Of a stretch of 64,000 nt of DNA, positions 55,325 to 64,000 are shown piece by piece (position 1 is the stretch's first letter; every line of letters begins with the position of its first letter). Source of the stretch: a virus. The position numbers were made by a program, and so were the translations under genes. The DNA lies in IMG/VR virus record IMGVR_UViG_3300034158_000007, positions 32,001-96,000 of that record. One strand, given 5' to 3'. The notes below the pieces were generated by a model. It did not search any database, was not told the DNA's origin, and worked only from the letters and a program-made list of their open reading frames with translations.

Positions 55325-55591
55325 ATGAGTGCACGTCAAGCTAAGAAGTTCAATGACCATCAACACCGGCTGTACATGTACCAGTTCATTCTGAACATTA
55401 CCGCTGATGCTTTGCAAACAAGCATTGCTAAGAAAGACTGGCCACGTGTGGCGAGCGTTATCGAACGCACTAAGAGTGTCCTGAAAGGGATACGCACGAA
55501 CAAAGGGTTACGTAGTGGGATCTTTCCAATGACCCGCTTCACCCAATTCATTCACAATGCACTTGATCATGAGGTTGTTAAAAATGGCTAA
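55325..55591 (+). CDS. Hypothetical basic protein
   Basis: AAGGGG RBS then MSARQAKK. Confidence 0.65.
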   Translation: MSARQAKKFNDHQHRLYMYQFILNITADALQTSIAKKDWPRVASVIERTKSVLKGIRTNKGLRSGIFPMTRFTQFIHNALDHEVVKNG

Positions 55592-55844
55592 GATTATTCA
55601 GGTAACAAACTATCCGATCCTGTCTGCTAATAGCGTACAGTTTCTGAAAGAGCTGGTAAAAGACACCGAAGGTGAATGGAAACTCATTACCGCTACTGAC
55701 CCATGTGATGCTAAGTTCTATGGCGATGAAGCCGAACTGTTGCTGACAGCACTCCAATACAAAACAATCTATCATGAAGATGCTATCTTCAGTGATGGGA
55801 CAACTCCGCTACGTCCGTCGTTGTCGATCATCGACTACGTCTAA
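55584..55844 (+). CDS. Hypothetical protein
   Basis: GAGG RBS then MAKIIQV; overlaps the upstream stop. Confidence 0.65.
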   Translation: MAKIIQVTNYPILSANSVQFLKELVKDTEGEWKLITATDPCDAKFYGDEAELLLTALQYKTIYHEDAIFSDGTTPLRPSLSIIDYV

Positions 55845-55857
55845 TAGTAGAAACCAT

Positions 55858-55873
55858 TTAAAGGGTATATTAC
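55858..55873 (+). promoter_or_regulatory. Early promoter-like motif abutting a start codon
   Basis: TTTAAAGGG-TATATTAC immediately followed by ATG 55874. Confidence 0.6.
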
Positions 55874-56308
55874 ATGCGTGTACCAATCATGAGAACCGCC
55901 GACGGTAAGTTCATTATTCAATTGAATTTTGATCAAACCCCAGATGGCTTCGAAGATGTTTTTGAGGACAGTATATTCTACCTACGGTATCAGCAGTCCC
56001 GTGCCCATGGTGAATATGGTTCTCCTGATGTAACCGCATTAACCGGTAATCCAACCGCACAGATCGTCCGTGAACGCAACATCGAAGAAAGACGGACGTG
56101 CCTCACCCTGATTCACCAGAACCAAATCGGACCGTATATTCAAATGGAAGTTCGTCCATATGGACCATACGGTAACCAGATGCGTGATTACATTGCGTTA
56201 ACTCATACCAACCCAGCCTATCTAACATTCCGCACTTATAGTGAACTGGACGAAGATGGCAAGATGGTCGTAACCCAAATCAATGGTGCCGACTTTACAA
56301 CCAATTAA
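55874..56308 (+). CDS. Prohead-protease-like (S80/T4 gp21 fold) paralog, apparently catalytically inactive
   Basis: HGEYGSP...RERNIEERR...VRPYGPYG...LTFRT resembles the recalled GEYGHP...R.I.E...V.P.GP.G...FS.R pattern with His and Ser replaced. Confidence 0.45.
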   Translation: MRVPIMRTADGKFIIQLNFDQTPDGFEDVFEDSIFYLRYQQSRAHGEYGSPDVTALTGNPTAQIVRERNIEERRTCLTLIHQNQIGPYIQMEVRPYGPYGNQMRDYIALTHTNPAYLTFRTYSELDEDGKMVVTQINGADFTTN

Positions 56309-56319
56309 AGGAATTTACG

Positions 56320-57003
56320 ATGTTCGATATCAACCGCGTTAAAGCTTCTGTTGCTGAACTGATCCAATCTCTGAATGCCCGTCGTTTCCGACTGGAGGTA
56401 CAGGATGAGTTACCAACCGATACTGTATACGTTGCAACCACCGATAACCTTCCACTGGATGGTGAAGCGGATATCACCTACCACGTGGTAGCTGATGGTT
56501 CGGTATGGCGTTGGACCGATGGAGCGTATCATGAAGTCAATCCATATGTTTACGGCGTCGATCAGCAGTACCGTGACCACGCCCGAGTCATTCGTCCTAA
56601 GTCAACGATTGTTGACCCTACCGCAACGATGGCTTCACTGTCTCTGGAACAGGTCCGTGGTGGTAGTTCTGAAGTACTGGCCACACTCTACAACTTATAC
56701 GCTCTGCGCGCAGACCTTGGTATGTTTGAGCGCATCGTTGTAAACGGTCACAAGATGACTGTGATGGATCTGTTGGGTAAAGGGCGTCACCTCAAAGCAA
56801 TTGACAACGTCACCGAGTGGTTCCAACGTGAACACAAAGCGATGTGGACTCTGCTGAACTCGTGTATCCAACATCGTGATGGCCGTATCTGGGCACACAA
56901 CCCAGTGATCGATGCACTGTACAAACAGAAAGCTCTGTTGGTATGGGACGATGTAAAGAAACGTGCAATGCTGCGCCTTGAGAACTTCGAGGTCTATCTG
57001 TAA
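56320..57003 (+). CDS. Hypothetical protein
   Basis: 227 aa, AAGGA RBS. Confidence 0.75.
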   Translation: MFDINRVKASVAELIQSLNARRFRLEVQDELPTDTVYVATTDNLPLDGEADITYHVVADGSVWRWTDGAYHEVNPYVYGVDQQYRDHARVIRPKSTIVDPTATMASLSLEQVRGGSSEVLATLYNLYALRADLGMFERIVVNGHKMTVMDLLGKGRHLKAIDNVTEWFQREHKAMWTLLNSCIQHRDGRIWAHNPVIDALYKQKALLVWDDVKKRAMLRLENFEVYL

Positions 57004-57012
57004 CGTCATAAA

Positions 57013-57033
57013 GCCCCTCCCTAGTGGAGGGGC
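57013..57033. terminator. Bidirectional hairpin at convergent junction
   Basis: CATAAA-GCCCCTCC-CTAGT-GGAGGGGC-AATATG. Confidence 0.8.
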
Positions 57034-57053
57034 AATATGCCTTATTTTTTTTG

Positions 57054-57482
57054 TTATTCTTCGAACTCTAGCGTGACACTAGAACCCGGTAGGTAAGCCA
57101 TGCTGATGGTGGTGACATCCAACGTGAACACACTACCACTGAATGGACGATCCAGATACTCTTCGTTCTGTACCGGGATACCCAATTGCTCACGCATTAC
57201 GGTTAGGATCTGATAGGTACGGGTGTAGTCTGTGGCCTTACCTGGAATCTTAACGTGTTGGAGATCTTCGTTCACCTTACGGCGATTAAAGAACAACGTC
57301 TCTTGTCCACTGAACTCATTGGAATTGACCGAAGCTTTAATAGTCACCCGAGAGTTACACTGACCTTGCAGCCAGATCTCAGGAGACAACCAATCGATAT
57401 CTTCCATCATAACAGCCGGGACGATGTTGTTAGCCAAGTTAAACTGATTCAACAGACTCCGCTTTACATTAGTTACAATCAT
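57054..57482 (-). CDS. Virion structural protein (phiKZ gp126-like)
   Basis: Start MIVTNVK after GAGG; Y.R motif (LFFNRR) and S.AYLPGS ending shared with its neighbour. Confidence 0.6.
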   Translation of the reverse strand: MIVTNVKRSLLNQFNLANNIVPAVMMEDIDWLSPEIWLQGQCNSRVTIKASVNSNEFSGQETLFFNRRKVNEDLQHVKIPGKATDYTRTYQILTVMREQLGIPVQNEEYLDRPFSGSVFTLDVTTISMAYLPGSSVTLEFEE

Positions 57483-57489
57483 GTTGACC

Positions 57490-58365
57490 TCAGTTATAGT
57501 GAAGGAGCAGATAACCTGCCACGTTGTTAGATACGATACCCAATTCCAATACCACAACATTCAAGATGTCCGTGCGTGGAGAATAACGGGGTAACACTCG
57601 GCCATTGTAAACCACCCGGATACGACCCTCGCCTTTATCGGCATCGAACGCAAGGTTCCAATCGACTAGGTCCTTACTGCACACCCATGGTGTACCAGTT
57701 ATGTCTTGCACGATAGCTGCCAGCTTACGACCTGTAGGCCACACTGAGGCACGCGTTAATACTTTTAGGTACTCACGCTCACTGGTGAAGTCATAACCTG
57801 CTGTAACGTACTGTGCGGAGATCTTAGCCCCATCTGGGTTACCAAGTGGCCAGGTATTAGCCAAAGGGAACTCAAACTGACTAGATACCTCGGACAATGC
57901 ACGGCGGGTAGTGTTGATCAAACGGAAATCAATTTTCCCTACGAATCGCAACGACTTGGGATTAGCAGTCAGCGTAAAGGTTTCGTTGTAGGTATTGTAT
58001 TCAACATGAACGAAGTCATTCAGGGTAAATACGATCTCATTAAACTCACCGATAGCAGCCAGTACCTCAGCAGTATTAGTTGGAAGTGTAAAGCCTGGAA
58101 GATCCTTAACTCCAAACGAACGGAAGAAAGTCTGTAGATCCAAACGGTCGTAGACATACTCCTTACGTTCGATCGGTGGGGCTGTGTTAAACTCATTCTC
58201 AACCTGATTAGGGATAATCACCACTTGCGTGCTGGTCGTCCCTAGTGGTACAAACGATTCGAGTTTAGTGGAGTACGGCTGTAGCTCAGTACCGTACTGT
58301 TCATTGATACGTGCGATAATCGCGTCCCAAGGGTCAGCCTTTAAATAGTCGCGGGTTAGAAACAT
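57490..58365 (-). CDS. Virion structural protein (phiKZ gp127-like)
   Basis: 291 aa, YDRLDL and PKSLRFVG motifs, C-terminal G.LLLHYN; synteny. Confidence 0.65.
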   Translation of the reverse strand: MFLTRDYLKADPWDAIIARINEQYGTELQPYSTKLESFVPLGTTSTQVVIIPNQVENEFNTAPPIERKEYVYDRLDLQTFFRSFGVKDLPGFTLPTNTAEVLAAIGEFNEIVFTLNDFVHVEYNTYNETFTLTANPKSLRFVGKIDFRLINTTRRALSEVSSQFEFPLANTWPLGNPDGAKISAQYVTAGYDFTSEREYLKVLTRASVWPTGRKLAAIVQDITGTPWVCSKDLVDWNLAFDADKGEGRIRVVYNGRVLPRYSPRTDILNVVVLELGIVSNNVAGYLLLHYN

Positions 58366-58367
58366 GA

Positions 58368-60539
58368 TTACCTCTCAAATTTAGGCCATTGTGGATCAGA
58401 TGATTCTTCGTAGAATTCGAGATCACCATCTGGATCGGTAGTGCGACTCTCAACAATACTCACTGCACCTACACCGATGTTACACACAGGCATTGGATAC
58501 GCATGTTCCTTGAAGCTAGTCTCGACGATGTTAACGCATGGGTCAATCCACCAAGTACCACTTTGTTTGTACGACCAACTAATGTTAGGTTCAATCAAAG
58601 CGTCAGGTAACCTGATCAAAGACATACCGCGCGCACCGATGTCACGCACATTGATGTTAACGATGGGTACAACTTGGGTTTCACCAGAATGGGCAGACAT
58701 GTCACCAAGACGTGGCATGACGATACCCAATACGTGGAACTTAGTGAACTCAACGTTACGTAGGTACTGTGCGATGTAGCTGGACATCCTCGACATCAGA
58801 CGAAGCAGTTCACGTTGTACTTCACCCAAGGTAATGATCTTAACCAAGTTAGCCCCAGTAGCGATGTTGATCGCATCCAAACACAGCTGCTCCATTTCTG
58901 GGTTAGACATGTCGGTGATCTTGAAACCTTGTTGACGGAAGTAGTCATCCCATGTGGTGTTATCTGGTACCAGTTGACATACCCGATTCATGTAGTGCAT
59001 TCGAACGACTTGCTCACAGTAAGCACGTGACACCATGTGCTCTTGGAAACTATAGAGTTCCCACTGCTTCAGGTAACGTGAGTGAACACCCACACAGTCC
59101 AGATAGAACTGCTCGGTCGAGATGTACTGACCCATCGGAGGGGTCAAGTCTTGAATAGCCGTGATCACTTCATTAGTAATCAAACGTGTAGGAGCAATCT
59201 TGCGAAGTTCCATAAACGTGGGCGACTTATTCAACAGTACATCGTAAGCAATAAACCTTGGGATCACATCTGTTAACACGCCACGGGATTTCATCCAGCA
59301 GTACATAGTTACCAGATAGGCATCCTTCACGGACATCGTCATGTTCTCGCCCGTCTTAGGGTTAGGGATCTGAACGAAAGCCCTGTAGCGATCACTGGAG
59401 GCAAGTTGCAACCATTCATTGAGTAGTACGTGCTCAAGGCTACGAACGTTGGATACAGAGCGGTCAATAACCTCGGAGTCGTATACCCGTGTAGGTAAGA
59501 TACTCGACTTACTGTAACCCATGTCCTGCATGATCTCCCGTTCGGTATCAAACTGAACCAATGGGTTATCACGTGCCAGCAGTTGTTCACGTTCCAGAAT
59601 GGTACTAACTGGAACTTGCGCCAACCCATCTTGAACCACATTGAAGTTAACGTCGTGTTTGACCATCTCAACATGAGCAAGGTTATCACGAAGCATATTC
59701 GTCGAGTTCTGATTCAAGGTGTACTTCAACAGAGGAATACCACGGTGAGTCAGAATGTTCTGAACCAATCGTTGGAAGGTATCCTTACTACCAGCGTGAC
59801 GTTGCAGGAAATTGATGTTCCGATACAACCACAGCATCTGGAAGGTGTCCAGATAGGGGATGAAGTCGTCTAGGTGCTCGTGTGAGGCCAAGTACTCACG
59901 AATGTGATACGAGTGGGCGTTGTTGGTCTTAGCCTTCGCCAGACGCATTGCAAGGATCGCAGGGACCATACGCGAATAAAGGTTACCGAGATAAGCTGCG
60001 TGAAAAAGATCATCCACGATGTTAAATTGATCGTTATACCACCGAATATAGAAAGCATTCACCCAATCCTGTAGATCGTAAATGAACGTATCTTCTTGCG
60101 CCTCAACGTATTTCGGATCGTGATAAAGAATCTTACCGTCCTCAGCATCGATAGCTGTTTGAATATCGATCGGATAAAGGATGCCTGTAATTAGGTCAGC
60201 CTGTGTCGGATACTGTCGCACCAAGCTCTTATAAAGGATGCTACCCGGATAGTACTCACGTGCTGTTGCCCGATGGATGGCTAAGTTAGCTTTGGTGAAT
60301 TCGATCATCTCGAGTGTATCGGCGGACTTAACGTACATCATGACATCAGTCGAGTGATACTCACCCGCCAAGTGCATGTAGTACTTCCATGTTGTTGGCT
60401 CGTTCTGGTCAACCTCGAGTCCATCAAATTGTAATAGACGGGCATTTATCTGGTCAGCGGTTTCGCTGTACTTAATAATAACTGACCGTACCAATTTGAT
60501 GATATCATCGCGATAAACGTCGAAATACACGTTGTTCAT
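58368..60539 (-). CDS. Virion structural protein, probable baseplate wedge (phiKZ gp128-like)
   Basis: Start MNNVYF; WKYYMHLAGEYH motif; divergent from the portal as in phiKZ. Confidence 0.7.
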   Translation of the reverse strand: MNNVYFDVYRDDIIKLVRSVIIKYSETADQINARLLQFDGLEVDQNEPTTWKYYMHLAGEYHSTDVMMYVKSADTLEMIEFTKANLAIHRATAREYYPGSILYKSLVRQYPTQADLITGILYPIDIQTAIDAEDGKILYHDPKYVEAQEDTFIYDLQDWVNAFYIRWYNDQFNIVDDLFHAAYLGNLYSRMVPAILAMRLAKAKTNNAHSYHIREYLASHEHLDDFIPYLDTFQMLWLYRNINFLQRHAGSKDTFQRLVQNILTHRGIPLLKYTLNQNSTNMLRDNLAHVEMVKHDVNFNVVQDGLAQVPVSTILEREQLLARDNPLVQFDTEREIMQDMGYSKSSILPTRVYDSEVIDRSVSNVRSLEHVLLNEWLQLASSDRYRAFVQIPNPKTGENMTMSVKDAYLVTMYCWMKSRGVLTDVIPRFIAYDVLLNKSPTFMELRKIAPTRLITNEVITAIQDLTPPMGQYISTEQFYLDCVGVHSRYLKQWELYSFQEHMVSRAYCEQVVRMHYMNRVCQLVPDNTTWDDYFRQQGFKITDMSNPEMEQLCLDAINIATGANLVKIITLGEVQRELLRLMSRMSSYIAQYLRNVEFTKFHVLGIVMPRLGDMSAHSGETQVVPIVNINVRDIGARGMSLIRLPDALIEPNISWSYKQSGTWWIDPCVNIVETSFKEHAYPMPVCNIGVGAVSIVESRTTDPDGDLEFYEESSDPQWPKFER

Positions 60540-60574
60540 TGTAAGATACTCACTTGTTAATTTGGGAGTTTCAA

Positions 60575-63349
60575 ATGCCTCAAAAGATACCCGCTGTCCC
60601 TTACCCGAAGTTAGCGGCTGTACGACTAGGTCACGCTGCAACGCCAACCAACGCGCTGCTTAACCTTCTACGTCGTGATATCCATGCTCCTACGGGAGAC
60701 TCGGCTAAGCCGACAGTGGATATCAACCGCTTTACTATGGATAAGGTATCCAGACAAACTACGCAAGATATCACGGACTCTAATGCCGTGATGCAATTGC
60801 TACCAGAACTTCAGTTGGTGAAGACGGTAGCGATCGGTACAACGCTAGATCCGAAGTCCATGTCGGAGGCGAATCTAACGTTTCAAATTGACCCCGCTGT
60901 ATTTGACAGCGAAATCAGTAAACTCTTGCTGGAGCCAATTGAGAATTTCTTTAAGAAAGACTATAAGATTGACGACCGGCTGGATTTGATCCTTGAAGAC
61001 TGTCTGTTTAACAAGGGTTCTTCGGTCCTCTGCGTCCTCCCTGAGAACGTTCTGGACAATCTGGTTAACGGTAATCGTGGCGTGTCTATGGAAGCCTTCG
61101 GGACTATCCGTGATCGTATTGCGAACACCACCAGTGATAACATGGGTTTCCTTGGTTCGGCTAAACAGTACAAGGACGGTGTAAAGATCTCCTTGGAAGG
61201 ACATAGTCAAAGCGCCACTGATAACGCTGCACAAGGCGAGTACCTAGGTAACCAATATCAGCTGGAACACATTAAGGTATCTGACAACTTCAACGTGTTG
61301 AAAGTACCGGGTATGTCACGGCGCGTTCGTGAACTGGGTATTGCGGCTAAGCTCCGTAAGAACAGTGTCTCGATGGAATCGGAAGTTCACCAGTTTAACA
61401 ACTCTGAGATCGAACGACTCTACGATAATTCCCGTCAAGGTTCTGAACAAACTCAGGTGATCAGCTCGCCTAAGTACATGGCCCGTCCTTCTGTTGGCCA
61501 CCCATTGATTCTACCTCTACCATCGGAAGCTGTTATTCCGGTATTCGTAGCAGGTCGACCATATGAACACATTGGTTACTTCTTGCTGGTAGACCATCAC
61601 GGTTATCCGGTATCGAAAGACTCCACACGTGACTTCTACGGCGAACTCCAATCGGGTTGGAAGTCTGGTGACGGCGGTGGTATGGGCGGTAGCGGTAACT
61701 CCGAGATCCTTCGGTTGACCCGTGAAGCGATGGGCGACAACGATAAGTCCGCTTATGAAGTAGACCATATCCAAACAGCCTTTAACGCTATCCTGACCAG
61801 TGACTTGAACAACCGTCTGCGTAACGGTCTGTATGACCAAGACGTAGAGCTGGGTGTTACTCAAGAGATCCAACGGATTATGCTGTACCGTAGTTGGAAA
61901 GCTAAAACTACCCAACTGATCTTTGTCCCTGAAGAACTGATGACTTACATCGCCTTCGACTACAACAAGAACGGTATCGGTGAAACCCTCATCGCCCGTA
62001 CTAAGATGTTGTCGACTATGCGTACCACTCTGTTGTTCGCTGAAACAATCGGCGGCATGCGTAACGCAATGGGTCGTAAGAAAGTTCTCGTTGATATTGA
62101 CCCGGACGATCCAGATCCAGAATCCACCATTCAGAACATCCAATCGGTCATCGTTGAACAAGGTCACCGGAGTTTCCCTCTGGCTGCACCTGATCCAGCT
62201 CAGACTATGGATGCCTTGATCCGCTCTGGTTATGACTTCCAGATTAACGCCAACGATTCTGCCTACGCTCAAACTAAAGTTGAGTTCGACGACTACAACA
62301 CTAACGTCAACGCTGGTAACCCAGAACTGCAAGACCGCCTGCGTCGTTATCACATCAGCTCCTTCGGTATCCCACCTGAGAAAGTTGACCCGATGTCCTC
62401 GCCTGACTTTGCAACCTCGATCGTGCATAACGACTTGGTAACATCACGTGTGGTTAAGGAACGTCAGAAAGCATTGTGCGCACACTTGTCTAAGTTCGTT
62501 CGTTGCTTCTCGATGCACAGTTCTATCATTCGAGCTGAGTTGTATAAGGCTATTGAAGCTAACGTACAAATGTTGGTATCGCCTGAACTTAAGTCGATGT
62601 CGGTAGCAGAAGTAGCTGATGAGTTTATCCTGGCTTTGAGTGTTAGTCTCCCAGCTCCTGATAACACCCAACACGAACGCCAACTGGAAACCATCGAAGC
62701 TTACGAGCGTCTGTTGGATAAAGGTTTGGAAGCCTATATCACACCTGACCTGTTCCCAGATGACGTAACTGAAATCTCTGGTTTGGCTGATGACGTACTG
62801 CTTAACATCAAAGCGTTGTTCATTCGTCAGTACATGGCGTCTAACAACATCTTGCCTGAGTTGAACATCCTAACTGAGATGGATGGTAACCGTCCTGCAT
62901 TCAGCTTGCTTGACCACATCAATATCTCCCGTGCTACACAAGTACAGGCGTTCATTGAATACGCGGCTGGTAAGAAGAAGTTCAGTGACCGCATCAAAGA
63001 GATCTACAAAGAAGTTATCGAGAACATTAACAACGGTGAAGACTCTGGTGGTTTCGGCGGTGCTGGTGATAGTGGTGACGGTGGTTTCGATGATGACGGT
63101 GGTGGGTTTGATGACGACAGTTTCGGTGACGACTCTGGAGGCGATGGTGGTGAACCATCATTGGACGACAGTAGTCAGCAAGAACTAGACCAAGAATTCA
63201 GTATGGATTCATCGGGTGATGATACCGGTGATGGCAATGCCGAAGAAGATGAATCTAGTTTCGAAACTGAAGGCTTAGATGACACAATGGGTAGCGCCGA
63301 GAAAGATGAACTCGGTGAGGAAGAAGAAGAGGAAGAAGATAAACCGTAA
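60575..63349 (+). CDS. Portal protein (phiKZ gp129-like) with acidic C-terminal tail
   Basis: GGGAG RBS then MPQKIP. About 920 aa, PLPSEAVIPVF and GYFLLVD..G.PV segments; synteny. Confidence 0.75.
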   Translation: MPQKIPAVPYPKLAAVRLGHAATPTNALLNLLRRDIHAPTGDSAKPTVDINRFTMDKVSRQTTQDITDSNAVMQLLPELQLVKTVAIGTTLDPKSMSEANLTFQIDPAVFDSEISKLLLEPIENFFKKDYKIDDRLDLILEDCLFNKGSSVLCVLPENVLDNLVNGNRGVSMEAFGTIRDRIANTTSDNMGFLGSAKQYKDGVKISLEGHSQSATDNAAQGEYLGNQYQLEHIKVSDNFNVLKVPGMSRRVRELGIAAKLRKNSVSMESEVHQFNNSEIERLYDNSRQGSEQTQVISSPKYMARPSVGHPLILPLPSEAVIPVFVAGRPYEHIGYFLLVDHHGYPVSKDSTRDFYGELQSGWKSGDGGGMGGSGNSEILRLTREAMGDNDKSAYEVDHIQTAFNAILTSDLNNRLRNGLYDQDVELGVTQEIQRIMLYRSWKAKTTQLIFVPEELMTYIAFDYNKNGIGETLIARTKMLSTMRTTLLFAETIGGMRNAMGRKKVLVDIDPDDPDPESTIQNIQSVIVEQGHRSFPLAAPDPAQTMDALIRSGYDFQINANDSAYAQTKVEFDDYNTNVNAGNPELQDRLRRYHISSFGIPPEKVDPMSSPDFATSIVHNDLVTSRVVKERQKALCAHLSKFVRCFSMHSSIIRAELYKAIEANVQMLVSPELKSMSVAEVADEFILALSVSLPAPDNTQHERQLETIEAYERLLDKGLEAYITPDLFPDDVTEISGLADDVLLNIKALFIRQYMASNNILPELNILTEMDGNRPAFSLLDHINISRATQVQAFIEYAAGKKKFSDRIKEIYKEVIENINNGEDSGGFGGAGDSGDGGFDDDGGGFDDDSFGDDSGGDGGEPSLDDSSQQELDQEFSMDSSGDDTGDGNAEEDESSFETEGLDDTMGSAEKDELGEEEEEEEDKP

Positions 63350-63360
63350 GACAACATATT

Positions 63361-63380
63361 GCCCCTCCTCACGGAGGGGC
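63361..63380. terminator. Bidirectional hairpin at convergent junction
   Basis: CATATT-GCCCCTCC-TCAC-GGAGGGGC-TTTATG. Confidence 0.8.
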
Positions 63381-63389
63381 TTTATGCCG

Positions 63390-64000
63390 TTAACCTTCGA
63401 CACCGATGATTCGGTAGTAGGCGGTCTCATGCACAAACGGTCGTGCTGGATAAGCACCATCGTTCACAGCAGTCTGACGTGGCCAAGGGCGGTGGTGTGC
63501 ATCGTAGTCGTAGCGTTTGTTCTCTGTTGCACAGTACACATACAGAACCTCAGGCTCAGGTACGATCGTACGGTGTATGTTAGGCTCATCGATGACGTGG
63601 TAATCAAGCATCCGACCATAAGCACCAACCAGTGGATACTGCTTACCTTCGGCGTTTACAAAACGACCCGGAAGTTGCAGATACTGAACAGGTTCAAATG
63701 TCTGGAACAGACTAGGTGAATCAACGATAACAAAGAAGCTCTGGCTCAACTGTAGATACGCATTAATGACACGATCACATTTAAGTTCCTGTACGTTAAA
63801 CAGGGATGGATCTTTTGGTGAGGTGCTCAGACCAAGACTCGATAGATCCATGTCTTTTACCGACTGCAAGTATCGGTTAAGGAACATCATCTTACCAAAG
63901 CTCAAACGCCATGTACGATCACCAGTACGCGTGTACACATCTGACAACACGTTAAGATAACCACCCGTTACCAACAGAACGGTTTTATCCTTAAGGTCAA
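63390..64000 (-). CDS. Virion structural protein (phiKZ gp130-like), 5' end outside window
   Basis: The frame stays open past TTG 63974 to the window edge (..DLKDKTVLLVTGGYL); LPGRF...YPLVGAYGRMLDY motif. Confidence 0.65.
   Translation of the reverse strand, partial: DLKDKTVLLVTGGYLNVLSDVYTRTGDRTWRLSFGKMMFLNRYLQSVKDMDLSSLGLSTSPKDPSLFNVQELKCDRVINAYLQLSQSFFVIVDSPSLFQTFEPVQYLQLPGRFVNAEGKQYPLVGAYGRMLDYHVIDEPNIHRTIVPEPEVLYVYCATENKRYDYDAHHRPWPRQTAVNDGAYPARPFVHETAYYRIIGVEG

Noticed and set aside
1-64000. CRISPR arrays, tRNA or rRNA genes, IS elements or transposases
   Set aside because: No regularly spaced repeats, tRNA signatures or transposase motifs were seen by eye; tRNAscan-SE or CRISPR finders would be needed to exclude them formally.

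Overview
This 64-kb window is from a phiKZ-like (Chimalliviridae-type, nucleus-forming) jumbo phage, most likely one infecting Pseudomonas; the host and family call is an inference from gene content and synteny. Gene order follows phiKZ gp82 to gp130. It runs from a split family-B DNA polymerase exonuclease/palm subunit through a virion operon (baseplate, inner-body/ejection proteins with S/A/G-X-E maturation motifs), then a ~10-kb early accessory island (30.1-40.2 kb: macrodomain, 2OG-Fe(II) oxygenase-like protein, many membrane microproteins). It continues with two head paralogs, a Kelch virion protein, DnaB helicase, major capsid protein, a non-virion RNAP beta subunit, baseplate proteins and the portal. 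No tRNA, rRNA, CRISPR array, intein or transposase was seen. The most notable unexplained signals are: (i) a C_CCA_AAG -1 slippery site abutting the polymerase-subunit stop, leading into a conserved-looking ORF that has no start codon of its own; (ii) an H-type pseudoknot in the leader of the giant acidic head-protein gene; (iii) about 13 related GC hairpins flanked by CATA/TATG that may couple termination with late promoters and that border swappable 'MxE/DLL' virion genes; (iv) a ~60-bp non-coding element duplicated 39 kb apart; (v) candidate counter-defence genes (Gp49/Sf6-66 sponge-like, macrodomain, catalytically dead prohead-protease paralog); (vi) a structured intergenic RNA; (vii) an apparent +1 frame switch in the gene after the capsid gene. 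phiKZ gp numbers are positional or recalled similarities, not database results.
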